Under the pieces are notes generated by a model. That model searched no databases, had not been told where the DNA came from, and saw only the letters and a program-made list of their open reading frames with translations. A program made the translations under genes and the position numbers. 64,000 nucleotides of DNA, from contig NC_043024.1 in assembly GCF_006345805.1 (NCBI RefSeq), positions 6,324,001-6,388,000 on the forward strand. Reading direction: 5' to 3'. This DNA is from Octopus sinensis. Lineage: Eukaryota. Below are positions 11,620 through 23,590 of this stretch, piece by piece; the stretch's first letter is position 1, and each line of letters starts with the position of its first letter.

Positions 11620-11785
11620 AGAGGTAGTAGATAGCTTCTGGTATCTAGGCGACCTGGTTAGTAGTGGAGGTGGCTGTTCCGAGAGCATGGCTAAGTTCAG
11701 AGAGCTCCTACCCTTGCTGGCATCAAAGGGCCTCTCTCTCAGAGTGAAAGGTAGATTGTTTGATGCCTGTGTGCGAACAGCTATA
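11620..11785 (+). pseudogene. RTE LINE ORF2 internal fragment
   Basis: LEVVDSFWYLGDLVSSGGGCSES..AKFRELLPLLASKGLSLRVKGRLFDACVRTA, homologous to 42640-42830. Confidence 0.85.
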
Positions 11786-11799
11786 TAATATATATACTC

Positions 11800-12200
11800 T
11801 TTACTCTTTTACTTGTTTCAGTCATTTGACTGCGGCCATGCTGGAGCACCGCCTTTAGTCGAGCAACTCGACCCCGGGACTTATTCTTTTGCAAGCCCAG
11901 TACTTATTCTATCGGTCTCTTTTGCCGAACCGTTAAGTAACGGGGATATAAACACACCAGCATCGGTTGTCAAGCAATGCTAGGGAGACAAACACACACA
12001 CGCACATATATATATATATATTTATATACATATATACGACGAGCTTCTTTTAGTTTCCGTCTACCAAATCCACTCACAAGGCATTGGTCGGCCCGAGGCT
12101 ATAGTAGAAGACACCTGCCCAAGGTGCCACGCAGTGGGACTGAACCCCGAACCATGTGGTTGGTAAACAAGCTACTTACCACACAGTCACTCCTGCGCCT
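11800..12200 (-). mobile_element. tRNA-derived SINE type A, near full length
   Basis: Reverse complement of the 58323-58740 copy, including A/B-box head and internal TA/CA tract. Confidence 0.85.
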
Positions 12201-12751
12201 ATATATATATATATTATTTATAATTAATTAAGGGTAGAAATTGATATTAAGCGATTAAAACCAGTGGCCTAGCATATTTAAAAAATCCGAAGATTAAAAA
12301 TTTTTTTACATACAAAATTTAGAGGATTGACCATTAAAAGTGGACAGCCTATATGCTAGATATAGACATCAAAATCGCCTTTTTCCACGGAGAATGTGTT
12401 CTCAAGAAAAAATTCAGTAAAAAATCAATGCGTAAAAATAAGCAAGACAATGAAAATCTATGAAATAAAAAACGATTACCTATGTACTAATTAGTTCCAC
12501 TTGTTAATAATTTACGTATATGAATACATAAACATCTGCAAGATCATCAGCATAGTCTGTCTTTGACATAGAGAGCAGGAAAGCAAGTTCTTGTAGAGGG
12601 GGCTACATGGCAACTAACATTTGGAAGAGAGGGTCCTAATGCTAAGAAGGAGCTTATGTATGTATCTATGTGTGTGTGTGTGTTTGTGTATATATATATA
12701 ATATATATATATATATTTTATATATATATACAAACATATATATATATATAT

Positions 12752-12834
<83 letters not shown>

Positions 12835-12867
12835 AACACACATATAGATATATATATGTATATAAAC

Positions 12868-13175
12868 TGGCACTCTGTTGCTTACAATGACAAAGGTTCC
12901 AGTTGATCCAACTAACAGAACAGCTTGCTTGTGAGATTAATGTGCAAGTGGCTGAGCACTCCGCAGACACATGTACCCCTTCACATACTTCTCAGGGATA
13001 TTCAGCATGACACAGAGTGTGACTAGGTTAGCCGTTTGAAATACAAGTACTATTCATTTTTACCAGATGAGTGGACTGGAGCGACGTCAAAATGAAGTGT
13101 CTTGCTCAAGGACACAATGTGTCGACGGGAATTGAACTCACAAACTAATACCCTAACCACTAAGCCACATGCTTT
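12868..13175 (-). mobile_element. tRNA-derived SINE, third family
   Basis: Minus-strand head TGGCTTAGTGGTTAGGG...GAGTTCAATTCC at the right end; body homologous to 4225-4378. Confidence 0.7.
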
Positions 13176-13524
13176 CATGTATATATACACACATACATAC
13201 ATACATATATATATATTATGAGAAAATTGCATTGTTTTTCATCATTTTATTCCTTCCGGAATAATACCAATGTTTTCTTCGAAACATATGTTGGAAGCAT
13301 AAAGATTTGAATAACACCTGTGTTTAACTCCATTTATTTATCTATGTTAAACAAAATCATATCACCAAAATATGGAATTTCTACTTTTTAAGTAGGCTGT
13401 TACATTCTTGGTACTTGTAGGAATTTTTGCTACCCTGGTAATTTTTTATTTATTTTTTCCATGCTATTTGTAAACATTGAAAAAATACATATACATACAT
13501 TTATATATATATATATATATATAT

Positions 13525-13915
13525 ATCTTTTACTCTCTTTTACTTGTTTCAGTCATTTAACTGCAGCCATGCTGGAGTACCATCTTAAGTCGAGCAAATC
13601 GACCACAGGACTTAATCTTTGTAAGCCTAATACTTATTCAATTGGTCTCTTTTGCCGAACTGCCATGTTACGGGGACGTAAACACACCAGCATCGGTTGT
13701 CAAGCAATGCTAGGGGGACAAACACAGACACACAAACACACACACACATATATACATATACATATATACGATAGGCTTCTTCCAGTTTCCATCTACCAAA
13801 TCTACTCACAATGATTTGGTTGGTCCGAGGCTACAGTAGAAGACACTTGCCTAAGGTGCCATGTAGTGAGGCTGAACCCGGAGCCATGTGATTGGGAAGC
13901 AAGATTCTTACCACA
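13525..13915 (-). mobile_element. tRNA-derived SINE type A
   Basis: Homology to 58323-58740 (rc). Confidence 0.8.
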
Positions 13916-14388
13916 CACCCACGTCTGTGCCTATATGTGTGTGTGTGTATATGTGTGGTATGTGTGTTTGTGTGTCCATATGTATGTGTTTCAGGGTGTT
14001 TGTGTGTGTGTGTGTGTGTGGTGTGTGTGTGTGTATGTGTATCAGATGTGAAAAGACCTAGATAAGAATTGACGAACCGAACATCCTTTCAAGTACTATT
14101 ATTAATAATTCTAGGGGACACACACATACACACAAATACACACACACACAGAGAAACACACTCCTGCATACACACACACACATACATACACACACACTTG
14201 CCCTTATACATGTCTGTGCGTCTGTGAGCAAGTAATATTGTTTAAGTACACCCAGAACCTCTTTCATATGTAGGTGTGTCGCTTTCATTTATAACTTTAT
14301 TATGTCAAATGCACATTACGTACACATATATGTATATGTGTATGTATATATATCAAGAGAGAGAGAGAGTATGAGAGGGAGAAATGTT

Positions 14389-14419
<31 letters not shown>

Positions 14420-14423
<4 letters not shown>

Positions 14424-14649
14424 CTCTATTACCCACAAGGGGCTAAACATAGAGGGGACAAACAAGGACAGACACACGGATTAAGCCGATTACATAGACC
14501 CCAGTGCGAAACTGGTACTTTATTTATCGACCCCGGAAGGATGAAAGGCAAAGTCGACCTCGGCGGAATTTGAACTCAGAACGTAACGACAGACGAAATA
14601 TCACAAAGCATTCGCCCGGCGTGCTAACGTTTCTGCCAGCTCGCCGCCC

Positions 14650-14650
<1 letters not shown>
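14420..14650 (-). mobile_element. tRNA-derived SINE type B
   Basis: rc head GGCGGCGAGCTGGCAGAAACGTTAGCA...GAGTTCAAATTCC and central GCCTTTCATCCTTCCGGGGTCGATAAA. Confidence 0.85.
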
Positions 14651-14705
<55 letters not shown>

Positions 14706-14715
14706 TATATGTATG

Positions 14716-14774
<59 letters not shown>

Positions 14775-14878
14775 ATATATATATATATGTGTGTGTGTGT
14801 ATATATATACACACACACACATACACACGCACACACACAGATATATATGTATATATATGTATAAATATATATGTGTAC

Positions 14879-14946
<68 letters not shown>

Positions 14947-15522
14947 TATATATATATATACACATACATATACATGCATACATACATATTTATGTATGTA
15001 CATACACTTGCACAGTCACGTTTGCACACAGTCACACGTGCGCGCGCACACACACACACACGCATACACACACATGTATATGGGTGGTGGGACCTGACTG
15101 AGCACAAATTTGTTCCCAATTAATGATTCGGTTGACACAGAAATGCAAAACAAACAAGTGTTTCACCAACGTTCACGTGTGTGCATATGTGTGTATGTAT
15201 GTACATGCTTGTGTGTGTGCATGCGTGTGTGTTTGTGTGTGTGTGTGTCTGTCTGTGTGTGTGTGCGTGCGTATGTGTGTGTGTGTGTGCGCGTGCATGT
15301 GTGTGTATGTGTGTGTGTGTGTGTGTGTGTTTATGTGTGTAAACACACACACACACACACATACACACACACACACACATGCACACACACACATAGTGGG
15401 AGAGAGGAGGGAGGGAGTGAAATAGACATACATGTGTGTAAGTATATATATGTAAGTATATATCCATGTATCTATATATTTGAGTGCTTGTGTATATTGT
15501 GTCTGTGTGTGTTTATATATAT

Positions 15523-15565
<43 letters not shown>

Positions 15566-15567
15566 GC

Positions 15568-15607
<40 letters not shown>

Positions 15608-15700
15608 GTATGTATATATGTATGTATATATATATATATATGCATATATATATATATCTGTATACATACATAATTATATACATACACACATACATATTCT
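14650..15700. repeat. Compound (TA)n/(CA)n/(TG)n microsatellite block
   Basis: Directly visible; source of the many YI/CV/HT pseudo-ORFs. Confidence 0.95.
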
Positions 15701-15966
15701 ACATCACCACATAGCCATGATGGTATACATACATACAGCATTACCCAATAAGACAGTTAGACAGACACCGCGGAGTCTCCAGTTATTTTCATATCTTTTA
15801 ATGTTTTAATTAGGCCAAGTCTTGCGAGACATGTGTTTGCAATGAAGGCAAGGAACTCTCACGTGACTACATGAATCCCAAATAGTCAATGGGGTTATGT
15901 GCCTACGTGGTTATTTGATCAGCTAAAGATAATAACAAGGCCTCACCCAAATCATACAACCATTAA

Positions 15967-16175
15967 CCCTTTCCCTGTCGAAAGCATTTTGATAAGTGTC
16001 CTAAATGTCCACAGTTATTTTTAGCTTAGTTAGCCCTTGTTTCATTTGTCCTGAGTAATATAAAGTTCCCCAAACATAAGTTCCAAATTATTGTGGGGAC
16101 TGAAAAATATTGCATATGTGTATCATATCTAATGCATAGACACCTGAGAATTGTATGTCCTGAACAGGTAAAGAG
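15967..16175. mobile_element. piggyBac-type MITE (209 bp)
   Basis: TTAA at 15963-15966 and 16176-16179. TIRs CCCTTTCCCTGT and (rc) CTCTTTACCTGT. A related partial copy at about 16470-16628 ends AAAGAG-TTAA. Confidence 0.7.
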
Positions 16176-16254
16176 TTAAGAATTTCTATTAGAAGAAACA
16201 GTTGAGTCTGACATTGGTGAATTATTTCACACAAAATATGTCTTTACTCTATAT

Positions 16255-16468
16255 TCTTTCCTACTCTAGGCACAAGGCCCGAAATTTTTGGGGATAGGGC
16301 CAGTCGATTAGATCGACCCAGTATGCAACTGGTACTTAATTTATCGACCCCGAAAGGATGAAAGGCAAACCTGACCTCGGCATAATTTGAACTCAGAACA
16401 TGAAGACGGACGAAATACTGCTAAGCATTTCGCCTAGCATGCTAACGTTTCTGCCAGCTCACCGTCTT
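16255..16468 (-). mobile_element. tRNA-derived SINE type B
   Basis: Homology to 14420-14650 and 52518-52749. Confidence 0.8.
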
Positions 16469-16724
16469 AAACCAAAGCATTTTCATGTCCTAAACGTCCA
16501 TGCTCGTTTTCAGAGTTCAGGTAATCCCCCTTTGTTTTATACATTCTAAGTAATATGAAGCTTTCCTATCATAAGTCCCAAGTAATTATGGTTGTTGAAA
16601 AAAAAATTGTGAAAGGCAAAGAGTTAAGCGGTGTCAGTTTAGTGAGACATTCGTGAAGTCTTTTATACAAAGTAATTTCTTATGTCACAGCCATGTCTGC
16701 ACTGTATATATATATGCTGTGCGT

Positions 16725-17220
16725 GAGAAGACCCTGCAGGACAAGTGAGACCATGGCCTCTACATGTGATTTAGCCAGTCCACTTATGCGTACCTTTCCT
16801 TCTTGGGACACAAAACTCTACTTGCAAAGACCTGTTGAGGCAAGTGAAAATCAAAATCGAAATCGATCAACATCAATGGAAATTGTAGCTGTGATACCAG
16901 TGCCGGTGGCATGTAAGAGAACCATCCGAACGTGGCCGTTGCCAGCGCCACCCCGACTGGCCTTCGTGCCGGTGGCATGTAAAAAGCACCATTCTGGTCA
17001 TGGCCGTTTGCCAGCATCGTCTGGCACCTGTGTCGGTGGCATGTAAAAAGCACCCAATACACTCACGGAGTGGTTGGCATTAGGAAGGGCATCCAGCCGT
17101 AGAAATATTTCCAGATCAGACTGGGCCTGGTGCAGTCTTCTGGCTTCCCAGACCCCAGTTGAACCGTCCAACCCATGCTAGCAATGAAAGCAGATGCTAA
17201 ACGATGATGGTGATGATGAT
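16725..17220 (+). mobile_element. RTE LINE 3' UTR copy with (GAT)n tail
   Basis: Homologous to 43215-43825, with GTGCCGGTGGCA repeats and an ending ...AAACGATGATG. Confidence 0.85.
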
Positions 17221-17242
17221 ATATATATATATATATATATAT

Positions 17243-18141
17243 AGCAATTAAGGACAACTACTTAATAAGGAAAACTTAACAAGAAATTGTCAGGTAGATA
17301 GCGTGAAAACCTCATAAGAGAATAAATTTCGAAAATAATTATTTCTTATTGAACATATTAATTTATATATAGAGGGCATTATACATACATGCCAGAGGGC
17401 ATTATACATACATGCCACACGCTAAGAGGGACAATTAGTCATTTCTACCAAAAATATTACTAATCCCACCGAATGCAATTTTTCAAAGTAAGACATTTAA
17501 AAAATATAGACCTGTATCACAGTGATTTCATACTTACGTATTCATCAGCAGGCCTGAATGTATCATAAATAAACGACCCTGCCCCGCTTAAGCGCCGATC
17601 AGCTAACTGATCAACATCAACGAAGCACATGGGTGAGTTTACATATTTACATCCTGTAAATGGCATACTTTTACGAATTGCATTTCGGGAAAGGAAAGTT
17701 TTTCGGAATAAAAATTTAGCAATTAAGGACAACTACTTAATAAGAAAACTTAACAAGAAATTGTCAGGTAGATAGCGTGAAAACCTCATAAGAGAATAAA
17801 TTTCGAAAATAATTATTTCTTATTGAACATATTAATTTATATATAATTGAACATATTTATATATTTAATATTATATATATTTAATATTTATATATTTAAA
17901 TAAAAATATTAAATATATATATATTTATATATTTATATATTTAATTTATATATAATTGAACATATTAATTTATATATATAGAGGGCATTATACATACATG
18001 CCAGAGGGCATTATACATACATTGAAAAATTGCATTCGGTGGGATTAGTAATATTTTTGGTAGAAATGACTAATTGTCCCTCTTAGCGTGTGGCATGTAT
18101 GTATAATGCCCTCTGGCATGTATGTATAATGCCCTCTATAT

Positions 18142-18145
<4 letters not shown>
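17243..18145. mobile_element. Penelope-like terminal repeat: 475-bp-period direct repeat plus terminal inversion, containing a hammerhead
   Basis: 17243-17372 repeats at 17718-17846. 17370-17484 recurs inverted at 18022-18140. Hammerhead at 17509-17554. The PLE label is inferred from this architecture. Confidence 0.65.
17509..17554 (-). ncRNA. Type I minimal hammerhead ribozyme, intact core
   Basis: Minus strand: GGCCUG-CUGAUGA-AUAC(GUAA)GUAU-GAAA-UCAC(U)GUGA-UA^-CAGGUC. Helix I has 6 bp with one G-U, helix II 4 bp with a GNRA loop, helix III is near-palindromic, and the AUA cleavage site falls between 17515 and 17514. Confidence 0.85.
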
Positions 18146-18172
<27 letters not shown>

Positions 18173-18589
18173 AAATTCAGGGTGAGTACTTGATAATTGT
18201 AAGCACCTGTATATACCGTTTGGTGGTGTAGGTGGTGGAGTAAATTAATCAAAATAAAAATAAAAACATGATGCCAAGGATTCAGCGGTACATATGTTTC
18301 GGGCCTTTATTAGACGGATTTATAACAATGCATAATGTGTGTCTATGGCCTTCTTCAGCCGCGCACAATTACTACCTCAAGGACATGTATTACATCAAAA
18401 ATTCTACGTTGGGGATGCAAATCCTCTCATTCGCGTACGACATAATGCGGCACCAGCACAAAAATGAAGCGTCCATCCCGTCCTTCTCTCAATGTAGAAT
18501 GAGCTATATAAATATAAAGGCAGTGCACCAGCATGGCTGCAGTCAAAGTGACTGAAACAAGTAAAAGTATAAAAAATTACATATCATCA

Positions 18590-18925
18590 TCATCATCATC
18601 ATCATCATCACCGTTTAACATACGCTTTCCATGCAAGCATGGGTTGGATGGTTTGACTGAGGACTGGCAAGCCAGGAGGCTGCACCAGGCTCCAATCTTG
18701 ATCTGGCAGAATTTCTACAGCTGGATGTCCTTCCTAATGCCAACCACTCCGAGAGTAGTGGGTGCTTTTACGTACCACCAGCATGAGGGCCAGTCAGGTG
18801 GTACTGGCAACGACCATGCTCAAATGGTGTTTTTTATGTGCCACCTGCACAGGAGCCAGTCCAGCTGCACTAGCAACAACCTCACTCGAATATTTTTTCA
18901 TATGCTTCCGACACAAGTGCTGGTA
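18590..18925 (-). mobile_element. RTE LINE 3' UTR copy
   Basis: Reverse complement of the 43550-43825 segment with (CAT)n on the plus strand. Confidence 0.8.
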
Positions 18926-18984
18926 CACCTCGATCCTTGGATCTTTTATTTAAATGTATATATATATATATATATTTATATATA

Positions 18985-19528
18985 TTGGGTTGTCTGGAAA
19001 GTTCATGCCGATTTATAGTAGCTTACCTTTCCACTTATTTTAGAACATGGTTGAGTCCATAAAATAGGATTTGACTACACCTCTATCTTTTCGTTGAAGA
19101 AGGTTTATGTTCCTATAACCTGTGTTAATTCTGTAACCCTTTAAAATGGAAGATAAGAAAGTTCATTTTCAGCACTTCATGCTTTGGGAACCAGACAAAA
19201 ATTGCTGCAGCTCGGCTGGGATGTGTTACCCCATCCTCCATATTCACCAGATATTGCTCCTTCGGATTTCCACTTATTCAGATCTTTGCAGAATAGTCTT
19301 AATGGTAAAAATTTCAATTCCTTGGATGACATAAAAAGATACCTTGATGAATTCTTTGCCATGAAACCACCTCAATTCGGGGAAGAGGGTATTTTCAAGT
19401 TAAAGGAAAGATGGAGACGTATTGTGCAACAAAATGGTTCATATTTGGTTGATTAAAAATGTAATTGCAAGTATTTACTGACCTTTTCCTTTCCTTTAGA
19501 ATTGGCACAAGCTTTCCGGACAACCCAA
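18985..19528 (+). mobile_element. Internally deleted mariner (DD34D) element
   Basis: TA-flanked TIRs TTGGGTTGTCTGGAAAG and (rc) TTGGGTTGTCCGGAAAG. MEDKKVHF N-terminus joined to LGWDVLPHPPYSPDIAPSDFHLFRSLQNSL...QNGSYLVD*. Confidence 0.92.
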
Positions 19529-19554
19529 TATATAAATATATTATATATATGTTT

Positions 19555-19639
<85 letters not shown>

Positions 19640-19645
<6 letters not shown>

Positions 19646-20020
19646 TGCAGCTGTGACTGTGTGGTAGGTAGCTTGTTTACCAACCACATGGTTCCGGGTT
19701 CAGTCCTTGGGCAAGTGTCTTCTACTAGAGCCCCGAGTCAACTCGTGAGTGGATTTGGTGGACAAAAACTGAAAGAAGCCCATCGTGTGTGTGTGTGTGT
19801 GTATGTGTCTGTGTTGTTGCCTTTTGTGTTTGACCCCCTTCACTGCTTGACAACTGGTGTTGGTGTGTTTACATCCCTGTAACTTAGTGGTTCAGTAAAT
19901 GGAAGTGATAAAATAAGTACCAGGCTTTAAAAAATAAGTTCTAGGGTCAATACATTCGACTAAAGATCCTTCAAGGTAGTGCCCCAGCATGGCCACAGTC
20001 TAATGACTGAAACAATTAAG
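19640..20020 (+). mobile_element. tRNA-derived SINE type A
   Basis: Homology to 58323-58740. Confidence 0.75.
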
Positions 20021-20047
20021 ATGATAAGAGTAGAATATTTTTATTAG

Positions 20048-20262
20048 CTACAAGGATTTGAAGCAGACAAGAACAACACAGAAACATCGTCATGGGAATG
20101 GGGTCAGAGAGGCCGTGTAATGGGAAAACCCAATAAATTACAAACAAAAGAAAAAGAAGACAAGCTACTTAAGGGCCAATTAAAGGGACACCTGAAAACC
20201 TCAAGGGTCCACAGTATTTTCATGCTATACAAAGCCCTGCGATTGGTTAGAAGTGAATTCGG
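20048..20262 (+). CDS. Candidate internal coding exon of an unidentified host gene (phase 0 to phase 2)
   Basis: Acceptor TTTTTATTAG| and donor GG|GTAAGT. The phase-0 frame is the only open one: LQGFEADKNNTETSSWEWGQRGRVMGKPNKLQTKEKEDKLLKGQLKGHLKTSRVHSIFMLYKALRLVRSEFG. No recognised homolog. Confidence 0.3.
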
Positions 20263-21339
20263 GTAAGTGGTTTACACTTTTGGCTGGTTGTTGTGTCTAT
20301 CGCTGATTAAGTTCCTGTGATTCTGTTATAAAAGGAAGGAGAGAGGGTGAAGGAGGGGGAGAGAAAGAGTGTGATAGTGGAGCAGACAGAGAGAGATGAG
20401 AGGGAGAGAGACAAACAGACAGAGAGGGGAAAGACGGAGTTAGAGACAGAGACAGAAACAGACAAACAGATAGAATAAGAGTGAAAGAGAGAGAGAGAGG
20501 GAAAGAGAAACATACTTGCAGAGCATTAGAAGCAGAGAAATAGAAAGAGAAGAGAGAGTCAGACAGACAGAGATAGAGTAAGAGTGAGAGTGAGAGAAAG
20601 AGAGAGAGAGCGAGAGAAAGAGAGAGAGAGAGAGAGGGGGGGCAGACAGACAGATACAGAGTAAGAAGGAGACGGAAAGAGGGAGAGAGCAGGAGCGGGT
20701 GGGAGGGAGGGGAAAGAGAGTCTGTGATCTCTACAAACACTTGAACAACACTAACACCTCTTTACAACCACTTCAGTACCACTCTACATCCACTTCTGCT
20801 GTTTTTGTTAGTCCCTCGGAGTGGTGGTGGTGCAAGACAGGTGAAACGGGATCAATACCTTCATGCTCTTTACAGTTATTTAATGTTATTTATTATCTTT
20901 TACAACTTGGCCCTTTTGGCATGTATGTCCTTGCATTTTTCTTTTTCTGTATGTGTTGTTATACAACTTTTATTATTGTTATACTGCTTGTATTTATTCT
21001 ACAAGTATGTAGTTGTACAGTTTGTGTATAGTTGTACGATGTGTATATTGTGGTACAGCTTATATTATTGTTGTACATCTATTAGTTATTGTACAACCTA
21101 TATTTGTTGCTGTAAAGCCTGCATTGTCAATGTGGATTCTGTCAGTAATGTAGTAAAAAGAGCCAAGAATGTAGTTGCAATGAACAAAAGACAGAAAAAC
21201 TAAGCCATTGATACTGCAGATATTACATTATGTATGTTTTGATGTTTAATAAACAGTCAAATCAGTTACTGATTATTTCATCAGATGACACAGAAATATC
21301 AATAACTTGCTTTATATTTTTAGTTCCTTAACCCTATAT

Positions 21340-21547
21340 ACTCTTTTACTCTTTTACTTGTTTCAGTCATTTGACTGTGGCCATGCTGGAGCACCGCCTT
21401 TTAGTCGAGCAAATCGACTCCAGACTTATTCTTTGTAAGCCTAGTACTTATTCTATCGGTCTCTTTTGCCGAACCGCTAAGTTACAGGGATGTAAACACA
21501 CCAGCATTGGTTGTCAAGCACAGACACACAAACATATATGCACACAC

Positions 21548-21589
<42 letters not shown>

Positions 21590-21775
21590 CATACATATAC
21601 ATATATATATACGACAGGCTTCTTTCAGCTTCTGTCTACCAAATCGACTTACAAGTCTTTGGTCAGCCCAACGCTATAGTAGAAGACACTTGCTCAAGGT
21701 GATACACAGTGGGACTGAACCTGGAACCATGTGGTTCGTAAGCAAGCTACTTACCACACAGTCACGCCTATGCCT
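21340..21775 (-). mobile_element. tRNA-derived SINE type A
   Basis: Homology to 58323-58740 (rc). Confidence 0.8.
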
Positions 21776-21910
21776 ATACATGCATATATATATATATATG
21801 TATGTATATATGTTTGTTTGTATGTGTGAATATATACATATCTATATCTATATCTCTCTCTCTCTCTCTCCCTTTCTCCCCTTCTGTCTCTATATATATG
21901 TATACATGTA

Positions 21911-22780
21911 TGCATTGGTCAAAATAAGTTTAAGACCGCACCAACATTATTGTGTTTAAATTGAAAATTTATGGCACAAATGATCAACGAATAAAAATTT
22001 ATTATTGGTATCTAGTTCCATAGCCATTATTTTCAATTACAGCCTTACAACAGCAGGACATGGAGTTCGACAAATGTGCACAAAAATCACTTGGAATGTT
22101 CTTCCATATTTCCTCAATAAAATTATATAATTGGGGCAAATTTGTTGGTTTTTTTAGCATGAACTCTTTTAGAAACATAATTCAATAAATTTTCTATCGG
22201 ATTCAAAATATTGTGCTCAAATATTGCAAAACTGTCCTAGCCTTATGAATGGGGCAATTGTCCTGCTGGAAAATAGATCCCAGTGGCAGCTGATTATTTA
22301 AACACGGCAGCACATTTTCAATTACTAACTGCAGATAGCCTACATTGTTCAGTCTGCTACCAACCATAACAATTGGAGCAACACCTAAGCTGTTGAATGC
22401 AGCCCACACCATTACTCCACCCTACACACACTTCTGTTTGCGCTGTTTTCTTGACACACTTAGGATGGAATTCTTCAATTGGAAGACGTCTAACATAAGT
22501 CATTCTGTCTGATCCAAAGATACAGAAGTGGAATTTGTTGCTCCAAAGAACTTCTGACCAGTCTTCAGCCATCCATTGATCCACTTCTGCCTGTTCATCT
22601 CAGAAATTATCAGCTTCTTTTGAGTGATCCAGCCAAACAGTCAAAATTCTTTTAGGTGGTTTCTGACAGTTTGTGGTGTAAAGCTGATGCCAGTTTCATT
22701 AGATAATTGCTTGCAAATGTCCACTGCTGTTAGCATTTGGATACCTTCAGAGAGCCTATGAAACAAACAGAACATTCTTC
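21911..22780 (-). mobile_element. Decayed Tc1-like (DD34E) element, 3' part
   Basis: Minus-strand WSEVLWS, VWAAFNSLGVAP, SIFQQDNCPIHKARTV, NPIENL motifs with frameshifts; putative TIR CATTGGTCAAAATAAGTTTAAGACC at about 21913. Confidence 0.85.
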
Positions 22781-23096
22781 ATTAGATGTCCCCGGTTTTA
22801 TCTACTCCGCGTTTTGACCCTACCTTTAAAACGCCGAGTAGATAAAACAGGGGACAACTGATGAAGGGAATGTTTTTTATGTTGGATGTCTCGTTTCTCT
22901 GTTTGTTTGTTTCTTTTGTTGTTCGAGAAAAATTTCATTTTCTATGTTTTTGTTTTTTATGTTCCCGTTTCTCATTTGACTACGTTTTTTTGATGTCTTG
23001 TACCCATATGTATATGAATGTATATATACATATATATGTAGGTATATTACATATATGTATGTATATATGCATATATTCATATATTATTTATATAAT

Positions 23097-23182
<86 letters not shown>

Positions 23183-23194
23183 TATTATTATGAT

Positions 23195-23590
23195 AGGCAT
23201 AGGAGTGGCTGTGTGGTAAGAAACTTGCTTACGAACCACATGGTTCCGGGTTCAGTCCCACTGCATGGCACCTTGGGCAAGTGTCTTCTACTATAGCCTT
23301 GGGCCACCCAAAGCCTTGTGAGTGGATTTGGTAGACGGAAACTGAAAGAAGCCTGACGTATATACGTATATATGTGTGTGTGTGTGTGTGTTTGTCCCCC
23401 CAACATCTCTTGACAACCGATGCTGGTGTGTTTATGTCCCATAATTTAGCAGTTCGGCAAAAGCGACTGATAGAATAAGTACTAGGCTTACAAAGAATAA
23501 GTGCTGGGTTCGATTTGCTCAACTAAAGGCAGTGCTCCAGCATGGCCACATTCAAATGACTGAAACAAGTAAAAGAGTAAAAGAGTATAT
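23195..23590 (+). mobile_element. tRNA-derived SINE type A
   Basis: Homology to 58323-58740. Confidence 0.85.

Noticed and set aside
14504-15809. Many overlapping YI/CV/HT-rich ORFs (also near 5.1, 12.7, 34, 40.3 and 59 kb)
   Set aside because: Dinucleotide microsatellite artefacts.
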